Below are positions 19,255 to 28,895 of a stretch of DNA of 64,000 nucleotides, piece after piece (position 1 is the stretch's first letter; each line of letters opens with the position of its first letter). The position numbers and the translations under genes were made by a program. The notes below the pieces were generated by a model that saw only the letters and a program-made list of their open reading frames with translations, made no database searches and was not told the origin of the DNA. Origin of the DNA: a virus (Duplodnaviria; Heunggongvirae; Uroviricota; Caudoviricetes); the IMG/VR virus record IMGVR_UViG_3300034102_002845. The stretch is one strand, 5' to 3'.

Positions 19255-20418
19255 ATGTTCACATCTAAACCTCCTTCAAGCCTAACCCGTGGAATAATTG
19301 ACACTTTTCCCGCAATAGCAGACGATACTTTTTTCACGACCCAGAAGAGGATAAAACTTGGGTTCGACCCGACCTCAAACTTTTTGCATCTGGGGCATTC
19401 TGTACTTCTTCGTAAGCTACGGACTTTTCAGGACCAGGGCCACATTCCCGTTGTCATTATTGGTGACTTCACTGCAAGAATAGGGGACCCCACGGGAAAG
19501 TCCTCGGTAAGAAAGCAACTTTCAAAAGAAGAAGTAGATTCCAACATTGACAGCTTCATTACAGCAATATCACGCTTCGTAAACCTGGAAAAATGTGAGC
19601 TGGTTCTCAACTCTAGCCATTTAGAGTGCCTACACTTGTCAGACATTGTTAAACTTCAGTCCATAACAACTGTACAGCAAATGATTGCAAAGCAAGATTT
19701 TGCACACCGCATTGAGTTACAAACTCCGATTAGGCTACACGAGTTTATGTACCCTTTGCTCCAAGGGTACGACAGTTTTCATGTAGAGTCGGACGTAGAG
19801 CTCGGTGGCACTGACCAGAAATTCAATGTTGGCTTGGGTAGAGAGGTTCAAAAACATTTCGACTCACCGGTCCAGCAAGTTGGTATGCTAATGCCAATTC
19901 TACCGGGCACCGACGGAGTGCAAAAAATGAGCAAAAGTCTGAACAATGCCATTGGACTCGACGAACACCCACTTCAAATGTTCTCTAAACTTGAGAAGGT
20001 TCCGGACCAATTGGTTAACGATTACATTACACTCCTCACCGACTGCAACCTGGATCAGTTTCCGGAAAATCCTCGAGAAAGACAGAAGCGAATGGCCGTA
20101 GAAGTCGTCTCCACCTTCCATGGAAGGGAGAAAGCTCTGAAGGCACTGAAAGACTCCGAGGCCCTTGTTTTCTCACAGACAATTGAAGTTAACGTGCCGG
20201 AAGTTTCGACTAAGGGAGTGGATTTTCCCTGCCGTCTAGCTACCATCCTAAAAACACTCAATTTGGTAGAAAGCACAAGCGAGGCTCGACGTAAAATAAA
20301 GGCAGGCTCTGTAAAAGTTGACGGGGTTGGGGTTACTGACGAAAACCTGACCATTGAGTCTGTCTCGAAGGGTGTTATTGTTCAACTGTCGAAAAAAGAC
20401 TTTTTTAAGTTGGTGTGA
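19255..20418 (+). CDS. tyrS: tyrosyl-tRNA synthetase (class I aaRS with C-terminal S4-like domain)
   Basis: GFDPTSNFLHLGHSVLL (compare E. coli TyrRS GFDPTADSLHLGHLVPL), ELGGTDQKFN, KMSKS motif KMSKSLNNAI, and C-terminal S4-like SEARRKIKAGSVKVDGVGV. ATG 19 nt after the cassette -10 box. Confidence 0.75.
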   Translation: MFTSKPPSSLTRGIIDTFPAIADDTFFTTQKRIKLGFDPTSNFLHLGHSVLLRKLRTFQDQGHIPVVIIGDFTARIGDPTGKSSVRKQLSKEEVDSNIDSFITAISRFVNLEKCELVLNSSHLECLHLSDIVKLQSITTVQQMIAKQDFAHRIELQTPIRLHEFMYPLLQGYDSFHVESDVELGGTDQKFNVGLGREVQKHFDSPVQQVGMLMPILPGTDGVQKMSKSLNNAIGLDEHPLQMFSKLEKVPDQLVNDYITLLTDCNLDQFPENPRERQKRMAVEVVSTFHGREKALKALKDSEALVFSQTIEVNVPEVSTKGVDFPCRLATILKTLNLVESTSEARRKIKAGSVKVDGVGVTDENLTIESVSKGVIVQLSKKDFFKLV

Positions 20419-20461
20419 TTTCCTTTGAGTTGGTCTTGACCGTGTGTGAACTCTCCAGTAT

Positions 20462-20506
20462 GGGCGGTTTACCCCCCTTTTCTCTGCGGGGCAGAAACGG
20501 TATACT
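20462..20506 (+). promoter_or_regulatory. hairpin plus promoter cassette
   Basis: GGGCGGtttaCCCCCC; spacer ctgcggggcagaaacgg; -10 tatact 20501-20506; ATG 20509. Confidence 0.5.
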
Positions 20507-20508
20507 AA

Positions 20509-20808
20509 ATGAGTTGTGTTCCTCCAAAAACAATGGATTCCACTAACGCGGTGACTCTTAGAGTTATAAGACCCCTTGATAACGCATCCGATTTGCTTAC
20601 AACGCTTGAAAACCGTGTCTTGTACGAGAACGAGAAGCGAGGGGAAGCAGAGGTGAAAGCCGAACGTTTTGCTCGCGCACTCGTGACCGTTTTGGATGGA
20701 GTGCAAGACCACGAACTGCAGAGCATGACGGGTCTGAGTGAAGCCGACTGCAACGAGATAGCTCGCACTCGCTCTGAGGCTGCCACTCTTGTTCCTGTAA
20801 GACTCTGA
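20509..20808 (+). CDS. hypothetical protein
   Basis: ATG 3 nt after the cassette -10 box (20501-20506). Confidence 0.35.
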   Translation: MSCVPPKTMDSTNAVTLRVIRPLDNASDLLTTLENRVLYENEKRGEAEVKAERFARALVTVLDGVQDHELQSMTGLSEADCNEIARTRSEAATLVPVRL

Positions 20809-20811
20809 AAG

Positions 20812-20857
20812 GGGGCGGTTTACCCCCCTTACCTTTCCGACAGGAAAGCGGTATAGT
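20812..20857 (+). promoter_or_regulatory. hairpin plus promoter cassette
   Basis: -35 ttacct 20829-20834; spacer ttccgacaggaaagcgg; -10 tatagt 20852-20857; leader shared with the 23973 and 24286 copies. Confidence 0.55.
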
Positions 20858-21023
20858 TACTTCAGTCCACTTGAGCAACCATGTTCCCCCTGAACGACCT
20901 TTCCGCACTTCACAGCATCTTCTTCACGTTGCTTGGCCTGATTTCATTGGTTCTTGTCCTCAATCGGCCCCAAACCCGAGCCTGACTCCCTCCACAAATT
21001 CTCCCGTCTCATTACCAAACAAA

Positions 21024-21455
21024 ATGACTCTTACGGCACAAGCGATTCGGACCGCCCAGGAAATCGCGTTAGATACCAACCCTGGCCTTCCACGGCTACC
21101 CCACATTCCAAACAACCTGCTGACGGACATTCTGTCCCCGGAACAGCAGGAGGAAAATCTTTTATTCCTCTCCCTTTGGGTGACTGAGCGAGACTCGCAC
21201 AATCTTGATATGAGAACTTGGCATGCGCATGCCAAGACAGTCTACGTAACCCTTCAAAACTGTGGCGAGGTCCATTGCATTTCGGGATTCGCACAAGTTA
21301 TGTGTGGTGAAAAGGGCTTCTTCATGTACCCTGGATTTGTTGGTCGCTTGCTACTTGGGGACGAAGCAGGCACGCACTTCACTGACAGCAACGCCGACGC
21401 ACTTTGCTTCCTTCGCCGAGTTATTTCGCGTAATTCCCCTGGTACTAGTGCTTGA
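21024..21455 (+). CDS. paralog-family protein (LPHIP...CGxVHCIxGFAQVMCG family), copy 1
   Basis: Shares LPHIP, LSPEQQEENL, LW(I/V)xERD, VHCI(S/G)GFAQVMCGE and LLG(D/E)EA..HF.D blocks with 21831..22241 and 38957..39493. Confidence 0.45.
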   Translation: MTLTAQAIRTAQEIALDTNPGLPRLPHIPNNLLTDILSPEQQEENLLFLSLWVTERDSHNLDMRTWHAHAKTVYVTLQNCGEVHCISGFAQVMCGEKGFFMYPGFVGRLLLGDEAGTHFTDSNADALCFLRRVISRNSPGTSA

Positions 21456-21462
21456 AACAAGA

Positions 21463-21735
21463 ATGGAAACCGAAATCCTAAACCTGCGGTCTTTGTGCCG
21501 CAAGCAACAAATTGCACTTGCAGTGTTGCGGTCAATGTGCAATTCACAGACGGGCCACCTAGTACTTGAGAATTGGGAGCCAACACTCGACGATCTCGAC
21601 CGCCGTGTGGATGCAGCACTGGCTGAGGTCCCTGCTCCAGGAGACAACTTTCCCGAGAAAACCGGCTTCCTTCGCAAGGCAAAAAATGCGTTTTTTCAAC
21701 CTTCTGTGCGGCATCAGTCTCCAGGACGACGGTGA
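21463..21735 (+). CDS. hypothetical protein
   Basis: First ATG after the stop of the preceding gene; no recognisable motif. Confidence 0.3.
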   Translation: METEILNLRSLCRKQQIALAVLRSMCNSQTGHLVLENWEPTLDDLDRRVDAALAEVPAPGDNFPEKTGFLRKAKNAFFQPSVRHQSPGRR

Positions 21736-21830
21736 TTGCTACAGGGCAACAACCCACCCACGTTAAACTACGGGTGTAAACTACGACCCGTGAGACCCTG
21801 CTCACTTAAAAACAACGAACCCTAAACAAA

Positions 21831-22241
21831 ATGACTACCTCCACCGAAACACGTCCGAGCACTCAGGCAAGTTCACTAACCATCCCTAGTCTCCCGCACA
21901 TTCCAGAAAGTTGGGACATTGTGCTTTCCCCTGAACAACAAGGAGAGAACTTACGGCACGTTGCACTCTGGATTGTGGAGCGTGACTTGGATAACTTCAA
22001 TATGTTTGCGTACCACCTGAATGGGGACTACACCAATTACTGGGAGGGAATAAACACCAGTAACTGCGGTACGGTTCACTGCATCGGAGGTTTCTCACAA
22101 GTTATGTGTGGAGAACTGGGCTTCACTGTCCACCCTCGGATTGCAGGAAACAGGCTGTTAGGAGAAGAGGCCGAAAGCCACTTCTCGGACACCACTGAAG
22201 ACGGTCTTGCTTTCCTTCGGGAAGTGATCGCTCGCGGTTAG
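21831..22241 (+). CDS. paralog-family protein, copy 2
   Basis: LPHIPESWDIVLSPEQQGENLRHVALWIVERD...CGTVHCIGGFSQVMCGE...LLGEEAESHFSDTTEDGLAFLREVIARG. Confidence 0.5.
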   Translation: MTTSTETRPSTQASSLTIPSLPHIPESWDIVLSPEQQGENLRHVALWIVERDLDNFNMFAYHLNGDYTNYWEGINTSNCGTVHCIGGFSQVMCGELGFTVHPRIAGNRLLGEEAESHFSDTTEDGLAFLREVIARG

Positions 22242-22614
22242 TATGCAACGAAACTACCCCTTCAGTCGAAAACACCGTCACCCGAAGGGGTCTCGGTGGG
22301 TCGAGGTGAAAGATGGGCTGAGGCTAACCCCAAATGAGAAGCTCATTCGTAAGCTGGACAAAGAGCGGGGTTCCCCCGAAGAGGTTACGCCAGTTGAAAT
22401 ACAAGTCTCATTGGGGTTTGTCCTCGTGGTGCTACTTTCGGTGCTTTATCTATTCGGTTTATTTTACCCGACCGCCCCATGAAATTCGACACAATTTACC
22501 TCCCCATCGAAGAAGCGATTCCTGCTGCCGCAGACTGGTGAGAACTATCAACCTGAAATCGACGGGCACTCCCTTATCAAGGTTTTATCGGTCGTTTCTC
22601 CGTAGCATAAGGGC

Positions 22615-22659
22615 AGGGCGGTTTCCCCCCCTGCCTTTCCGGAAGGAAAGCGGTAAACT
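22615..22659 (+). promoter_or_regulatory. hairpin plus promoter cassette
   Basis: -35 ctgcct 22631-22636; spacer ttccggaaggaaagcgg; -10 taaact 22654-22659; ATG 22681. Confidence 0.5.
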
Positions 22660-22680
22660 AAACTAGTTCAAAGCACTCAG

Positions 22681-23010
22681 ATGAATCTCGCTCAGCTCGA
22701 AAAGAGCATCCCCAACAGTTACAATCTAACAATTTCAAAGTCCCTAAAGAGGGACCAGGGCGACTGGTGGGACCGCTGGACCTGGGCCTTAAACAGCAGC
22801 GACAAACTCTACGAATCCCCCTGGTTCGGCTTCTCAACGTTACACGAAGTTCTCGAGGATCTTTCCACTCACCTTGAGCTTTACTCCGAGCTTTTTCAGA
22901 GCGACACGGCACACAAGGAAGAAACGGAAGAGGTGCTCACAGATGGCGAGCTCGATGAGCTTGTTAGGTGTTTGTCCTATCAGGACCCCGAACCCCGAAT
23001 ATCTAACTAG
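22681..23010 (+). CDS. hypothetical acidic protein
   Basis: Follows the cassette at 22615-22659. Confidence 0.35.
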   Translation: MNLAQLEKSIPNSYNLTISKSLKRDQGDWWDRWTWALNSSDKLYESPWFGFSTLHEVLEDLSTHLELYSELFQSDTAHKEETEEVLTDGELDELVRCLSYQDPEPRISN

Positions 23011-23041
23011 CTTACCTTAAACCGCACCCCTAAACCTGAAA

Positions 23042-23935
23042 ATGACAGTCACACTGAAAGCCACTCATCTTGTAAACGAGGGAAGCTACCTTATTCAAAG
23101 AAGCCACACATCCGCCAGCCTTGAGGTGGATGGAATCCCTGTAACGGCAAACACTTTCGTTGTGTCGGACCCTACGACCATCCTTAGTGTTCGCGTGTTT
23201 CAACCCGCAGTTACGCATTATGAGAACGAGACTGGTAGCACTTTGTCAGTCGAGTCGTACATGGAACAGAAAAGCGATCTCGCTTCAAAAGGCACCCCGG
23301 AAGAGGGGTACTCAAGCTGCTACATCTTTGAGAATCTCGACGACGAATTCGCCTACAAGCGTTTTCTCAAAACGTGGGAGCCGGTGTTCGGCGAGTCTCG
23401 CACGGAAAAGGATCCCGTCAAACTTGAGGTGGTGGAGGTTCGTACCAACTCCGGCGACCCAGACATTCAGTCTATGTGGAACTCTCCGCAATGCGCAACC
23501 AAGGCACACCTATACACCTTAGACCGCAATGCGATTTCTCTCCGAGACTTCAAAGCTTGTTGCGAAGCTCATGGCTTAGACTACAATATCCCGTCCCACA
23601 GCGGTATTCGATTTGCAAAGATCGACGGGAAGTACGCCGGGTTTGACGACATGGACTTTTCCAAGTCTCCCCCTTTCATTGGTACTCTCGACCAGTGCAA
23701 AGCAGAAAAGTTGTCTCTTTACAAGAGGGTGACGAATACTATCAAACTATACATTGCGAAGTATAGGACGAAACCCGCACTGAAAAACGCTGCGGAGGTT
23801 CTATCAGATCTAGACGCCATTCGGGTCATGGTACAGAAAGCCACACCCATGAAAGCCTCTCGCGACAATCACACTGCCGCACTCGCAGCAATCAATAAGC
23901 TGCAGACCTCAGTTCGTAGGGAGATATTGGACTAA
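23042..23935 (+). CDS. hypothetical protein
   Basis: 297-aa ORF with coding-like composition. Confidence 0.4.
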   Translation: MTVTLKATHLVNEGSYLIQRSHTSASLEVDGIPVTANTFVVSDPTTILSVRVFQPAVTHYENETGSTLSVESYMEQKSDLASKGTPEEGYSSCYIFENLDDEFAYKRFLKTWEPVFGESRTEKDPVKLEVVEVRTNSGDPDIQSMWNSPQCATKAHLYTLDRNAISLRDFKACCEAHGLDYNIPSHSGIRFAKIDGKYAGFDDMDFSKSPPFIGTLDQCKAEKLSLYKRVTNTIKLYIAKYRTKPALKNAAEVLSDLDAIRVMVQKATPMKASRDNHTAALAAINKLQTSVRREILD

Positions 23936-23978
23936 GGCGGTTCACCCCCTTGCCTTCCCGGCAGGAAAGCGATATAGT
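23936..23978 (+). promoter_or_regulatory. hairpin plus promoter cassette
   Basis: -35 ttgcct 23950-23955; -10 tatagt 23973-23978; ATG 24002. Confidence 0.55.
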
Positions 23979-24001
23979 TACTTCAGTCCACGCACGCAAC
24001 C

Positions 24002-24220
24002 ATGACCTTCGACCCTCAAGCAGAAGCACGCTCAATGCTGCTTTGTTGGGAAAAGTACTACGTTATTCCACCTAACACTAAAACACTTCGAGATTGCGCT
24101 GAGCATGGCGCTACACACTGCGCCTACGGCTGGCCAAAGTTTCCGGACCCCAGATGGAACAGTGAGCAGATCGAAGCGTATCTTGCTGCCTACTGCTCTG
24201 CCCCGCATAGTCCGTGCTGA
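24002..24220 (+). CDS. hypothetical small protein
   Basis: Follows the cassette at 23936-23978. Shares a near-identical 5' leader with the genes at 20881 and 24317. Confidence 0.35.
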   Translation: MTFDPQAEARSMLLCWEKYYVIPPNTKTLRDCAEHGATHCAYGWPKFPDPRWNSEQIEAYLAAYCSAPHSPC

Positions 24221-24245
24221 GGCACACCCACCGATCCCTTTCTTT

Positions 24246-24291
24246 GGGGCGGTTTACCCCCCTTTCTTTCTCGAAGAGAAAGCGGTATAGT
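24246..24291 (+). promoter_or_regulatory. hairpin plus promoter cassette
   Basis: Spacer tctcgaagagaaagcgg (palindrome); -10 tatagt 24286-24291; ATG 24317. Confidence 0.5.
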
Positions 24292-24316
24292 TACTTCAGG
24301 CAACTCCGAAGCAACC

Positions 24317-24592
24317 ATGGCATTCCACCCCCAAGCAGAAGCCGATCTCGAAGCACTTTGGCTGGGGCTTCCCGAAGACGCCCGCAGGAAGGTTGAGAAG
24401 ATGCCCGCAGGTTTGCGAGACTCTTTTTTGCAGTTGACGCACTCCTATGCACTTTCCGCCTACGAACTTGGATCTCGGCGATCCAGGCAAGACTGCCACC
24501 GGGCTATTTTACTTGTGGCTGAGAAGGTGCATCCCGACAGCAACTTGGAAAGTTTTCTGGAGCCTGACTACGGAATGGTGCCCCGTGCGTAG
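24317..24592 (+). CDS. hypothetical small protein
   Basis: Follows the cassette at 24246-24291. Confidence 0.35.
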   Translation: MAFHPQAEADLEALWLGLPEDARRKVEKMPAGLRDSFLQLTHSYALSAYELGSRRSRQDCHRAILLVAEKVHPDSNLESFLEPDYGMVPRA

Positions 24593-25144
24593 ATCTACCA
24601 ACGAACCAATGAATCTTAGCAAAGTTTTTTGAATTTCCGCTACCCCCCTGAACCGAAGCAAAGCCGTGATCAACCCCAAGCCACCGATAACAGATGCGCA
24701 AAGAAACATGTTACGGCTGATTGAACGCAGCACGGACTCAGGGGACGGATGGCTCTCAGTGTCTAGCCTCCTTTGGAAGCTGGTGGTGGATCAAAGCCAC
24801 CCAGAACTAACTGAGTTGGATCAAGAAAACACGCGGGTCCGGTTTACACCGGAAGGACTCATTGTGATGAAGTATTTGCCATGACTCTTGAGTCACCAAT
24901 TCTTAATCTTGCAGAGTTTCTCGGCAAAGAAGTTATCATTCTGCTACGCAACGGTCCTACACAAGCCGGAGTTATTATACCTTCTTCGATTGAGTTGCTG
25001 CCATGGGGCTGGATGACCGGGTTGTACCCCTACTCCATAGACTCAGCTCCAGCTCTTACTTGGACCGGCACAGGTCGGTGGGATATTATTGATGAACACG
25101 AGTACGACATTATGAAAATTGATCTAAAAACTGAATGAGAAACA

Positions 25145-25702
25145 ATGACTGAGGTTGAAGAGGCAAGGAAAGTGTACACAGGAATTGGGGGCCGAGAAAC
25201 ACCTGAGCCGATTCTGGCACTTATGGGCCGAATTTCGGCAAGGATGGACCGTCTAGGATTCACACTGCGCTCGGGTGGTGCTGATGGCGCCGATGCGGCT
25301 TTTGAAGCAAACTCCAGGAGAAAGGAGATATTCTTGCCGTGGAACGGATTCAACGGACGGTACCACGACGGTAAATCCCACTTTGATTATCTTTTGTGCC
25401 CAGGACGAGAGCTAGCTCAAGAAAGCGTGGAGCGGTTCCATCCCGCACCCTCTCGGCTCTACGATAAGGGGCGAAAGTTAATGGCTAGGAACGCGATGCA
25501 AGTTCTAGGGAGAGACTGCAAGAGCCCAACAGACGTGGTAATTTGCTGGACAAAAAATGGTAAGGATGTCGGTGGAACCTCACAGGCGATTCGCATCGCT
25601 AGGTTTCACAACATTCCCGTTCTCAACCTGGGAAACCTAGCCACAGAAACATACTTTACTGCTTTCACAGACGATCCTGACTCGCCTTTTGTTCTTCCTT
25701 AG
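25145..25702 (+). CDS. SLOG-superfamily (DprA/Smf/LOG-like Rossmann) protein
   Basis: TGIGGRETPEPIL...LGFTLRSGGADGADAAFEAN resembles the DprA/SLOG GxG...SGGAxGxDxxA core. Confidence 0.35.
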   Translation: MTEVEEARKVYTGIGGRETPEPILALMGRISARMDRLGFTLRSGGADGADAAFEANSRRKEIFLPWNGFNGRYHDGKSHFDYLLCPGRELAQESVERFHPAPSRLYDKGRKLMARNAMQVLGRDCKSPTDVVICWTKNGKDVGGTSQAIRIARFHNIPVLNLGNLATETYFTAFTDDPDSPFVLP

Positions 25703-25768
25703 AGCGGTTTCCCGGTTACCTTGGGGCGGTTTCCCCCCGTTTGTTTTTCAGACGGAAAACGCTATAGC
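25703..25768 (+). promoter_or_regulatory. double-hairpin plus promoter cassette
   Basis: Two GCGGTTTCCC units; -35 ttgttt 25741-25746; -10 tatagc 25763-25768; ATG 25814. Confidence 0.5.
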
Positions 25769-25813
25769 AGGTTTATACGGGGCAAACCCCGCAATCCACC
25801 TTTTACCAGAAAA

Positions 25814-26125
25814 ATGGCATTCACATCCGAAGGAACAATCGAAATCCACCTTCCCGAGTTTTGGGACTGGGTTCACGAAAACTATCTCCCTGTCCCCAGG
25901 GGGTCTGAGGTACGTTATGGGGTTCCCCGCATCAACCGTGGGAACTCCGTCATGGAAATTGACTTTGCGGCTGCTACCGAGTGCGATCCGGCGGATTGGG
26001 CGGTGAAGCCGAAGGCGGTGACCCAGGGGGATTCTGCTGGCGCTGCACAAACTGAAAGTCCTACCGAAGGGGGAGCTCAACATACCATTGAGCTGCGTGT
26101 ATCGCAAAACTTTTATGACGTGTGA
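25814..26125 (+). CDS. hypothetical protein
   Basis: First ATG after the tandem-hairpin cassette at 25703-25768. Confidence 0.35.
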   Translation: MAFTSEGTIEIHLPEFWDWVHENYLPVPRGSEVRYGVPRINRGNSVMEIDFAAATECDPADWAVKPKAVTQGDSAGAAQTESPTEGGAQHTIELRVSQNFYDV

Positions 26126-26271
26126 CCCTTCTTGCAAAGGCTGACGGTATAAGTAAAGCCGACGTCATAAGAGGTGCTGTGTACTCTGTAATCAAGGGAG
26201 TTCTGCAGAACTAAGCCGCTTAGCACCCGAAGACAAGCACCAAAAGTCAACCAACCAAACCACAACGCAAA

Positions 26272-27393
26272 ATGGCAAACATTGAACGCAAACTCGCCTC
26301 CGTCCGAAAAGTAACGGAGATCCGACCAATCCCAGACGCCGACGCAATTGAGTGCGCCATCGTGGGAGGTGGCTGGCCCGTTGTCGTGAAGAAGGGGGAG
26401 TTCCAAGCTGGTGATCTTGCAATCTATTTCGAGATTGACTCGTGGATTCCCCACGAACTTGCCCCGTTCTTGTCCAAAGGGAAGGAACCAAGGGAGTACA
26501 ATGGAGTGAAGGGGGAGAGGTTGAAAACCGTCCGGCTCCGTGGTCAAGTCTCCCAGGGTCTCCTACTTCGCTTCTCGGACATCTCTCCAAGCTTCTACGT
26601 TGTTTCGCTAGCTGAACCTTATGGGGGGAGGGGATCTCTCCGAGTTGATGAGTGTGTGTGGCAAGAAGGCGAAGACTTCACTCTAGAGTTTGGTATTCAA
26701 AAGTGGGAGGCCACGGTCCCCGCTTGCCTTGCGGGACAAGTTCGTGGAAACTTCCCGAGTTTTTTGGTTAAGAGTGACCAAGAGAGATGTCAAAATATCG
26801 TGAGAAAAATCTTCGAGGAGCACAAGGAGGAAACCTACGAAGTTTCTCTGAAGCTGGACGGGTCTTCCTGCACCATTTATGCCCGAGACGGGGACAGTGG
26901 CGTGTGTAGTCGCAACCTAGACCTTAAGGAAACAGAAGGAAACAGCTTCTGGAAGGCTGCTCGAGAACAAGGTGTAATTGACGCCTTGCTGACCTATAAT
27001 AAGGAAACCGGTCGCAACATTGCTCTTCAGATGGAGCTGTGCGGTGAAGGGATTCAAGAAAACCAAGAAGGAATCAAAGGACAACGGCTTTTTCTTTTTG
27101 ACGTCTTCGACATCGACACTCAGACCTACATGAAGCCGGGGCAGCGACTTGTTTTCCTTGACGAGGTTTTGACTGAGCTTGGGGCCAAGTTGGAACACAC
27201 TCCCATTATTGACCTTCGAACTTACGTTGCCGGACGATTCGCCAACCTTGACGAGCTACTTGCTTATGCAGATGGTCCGTCTATGAACCCAAAAGTCAAG
27301 CGTGAAGGTGTGGTGTTCAAATCGTACGACTCCGCGTTCTCCTTCAAGGCCATTAGCAACGAGTGGTTGCTGTGGAAAGGGAAGAAAGGGTGA
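26272..27393 (+). CDS. RNA ligase, DraRnl/Rnl5-type (N-terminal OB-like domain plus nucleotidyltransferase)
   Basis: N-terminus VRKVTEIRPIPDADAIECAIVGGGWPVVVKKGEFQAGDLAIYFEIDSWIP. Motif I EVSLKLDGSSCTIY, motif III LQMELCGEGI, motif IV KREGVVFKS, and C-terminal lysines. Confidence 0.6.
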   Translation: MANIERKLASVRKVTEIRPIPDADAIECAIVGGGWPVVVKKGEFQAGDLAIYFEIDSWIPHELAPFLSKGKEPREYNGVKGERLKTVRLRGQVSQGLLLRFSDISPSFYVVSLAEPYGGRGSLRVDECVWQEGEDFTLEFGIQKWEATVPACLAGQVRGNFPSFLVKSDQERCQNIVRKIFEEHKEETYEVSLKLDGSSCTIYARDGDSGVCSRNLDLKETEGNSFWKAAREQGVIDALLTYNKETGRNIALQMELCGEGIQENQEGIKGQRLFLFDVFDIDTQTYMKPGQRLVFLDEVLTELGAKLEHTPIIDLRTYVAGRFANLDELLAYADGPSMNPKVKREGVVFKSYDSAFSFKAISNEWLLWKGKKG

Positions 27394-27410
27394 GGGTGAA
27401 TTGCCCCTAA

Positions 27411-27455
27411 GGGCGGTTTCCCGCCCTTGTTTCTCCGGGGGCAAAACGCTATAAT
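27411..27455 (+). promoter_or_regulatory. hairpin plus promoter cassette
   Basis: GGGCGGtttcCCGCCC; -35 ttgttt 27427-27432; 17-bp spacer; -10 tataat 27450-27455. Confidence 0.55.
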
Positions 27456-28723
27456 AAATGAGTTAGTTTATCCTCCGCCAAACCTAAATGTCCGCCCCAA
27501 CCTCGTACAACTACCCTCAGGGCACTACTCCCGAAGCGATTGAAGCCTTTCGCACCTTATGGTGTCAAACACCTGAAGACGACGTCCGCCTAGGCTCCGT
27601 CTCTGAAATTTTCCTGAAGGGGTTTGCTTCCGGTCGGATTTCACTATTTGAGCAACTTTCCCGCGATCTCTCCGACTTGGATGAAAGGGTTGAGGACCTA
27701 GAGCGATTCCGACACGCAACCGCAAATTACGACTCGTTCGGCAACTACACACGTCCTTAAGATGGAACTCCCCCCCCCGTTAACGGCAACCGACAAGATA
27801 TACTGGAATAGTGCCTTAACTGATTTCCTGGCCGTTTGGCCAATGACCAAAGATGACACCGCATTTTTCACCGCGTCTGTTGAAGGTGCTCGTTCTTCGT
27901 CAACGAAGCGTATTGCGGCAGTGGTCTTGAGCGACACTCCACTTCGTTCAACCTTTCTAATCTTTCTAAAGGGGTATGTTTTAGGGCGCATCAAACAGAT
28001 GTCCACAAATGGGGTAGATGGGGACACCTGAAGCAAATATCCTAATGATTGAAACCAGAGACACACCCTTGGTGACATTCTCCAATTCAAACCGCAAAGC
28101 ACAAATCTCAAAAATGGAACTACTTGCCATAGCCCTGTTCAGTGTAGCCATCGGTGCCTTCGGCTATATAAGCGATCGAAGAGACTGGAACGGGGGCTTC
28201 TGCAGGGAGTCCGGAAAACCGTGGGTTCAGTTTGACACCGCAAGCGACGGTTCCCGAGGATACAAAGACGGGTCTGACAACTACATTTGGATTTCTTACC
28301 CCGTCGATCACTCGAAAGTTTCCTAGCACCCTAAACCGAGCCATTTCAACCCCCATATACACAACCACCCAAAAGGATAAATCCAGAAGACCGAATCTTG
28401 TTTGACCCTCTCACTGAAACTTTCACGTATCCTGACGGGATTCAAGAAACCCTGGCCCAATACAAACGACGAACTTACCAGTTCGAGTACATTCGCAATC
28501 TCCAGAGTGCACTCGAAGAACTTAAGGTTCTTTACCAAAACCCTGGCTGCATGACAGAACCTGAGTACTGTAGGGCTAAAAATAAAATCGAGGAAGAGTT
28601 TAACTTCTGGGAACTTAACCTTTTCGTCGAGTACGACGATGAGGACTTTGGTAGTTCACCTAAGTACCCGCATTAACACAAAACTCTGCCCCAGCCTCTC
28701 TGGCTAACTCATCACTCGTCAAA

Positions 28724-28891
28724 ATGTCTCCACTACTCTCCGCGATCATCTGGATGTTTATAATGTGGGTGTCCATATTTTTGGGTCTCGTACGTTACAG
28801 GGAAAATAAACTAGGGTGGGCTTCCTTTAATTTTTTGACCACCGTAGTAGCACTTTGCAACCTTATATTTTTGGGTCTGAAACCCAATTAA
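28724..28891 (+). CDS. small membrane protein (55 aa, two predicted TM helices)
   Basis: MSPLLSAIIWMFIMWVSIFLGLVRY...TTVVALCNLIFLGL. Below the ORF-track length cutoff; found by eye. Confidence 0.35.
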   Translation: MSPLLSAIIWMFIMWVSIFLGLVRYRENKLGWASFNFLTTVVALCNLIFLGLKPN

Positions 28892-28895
28892 CCGT

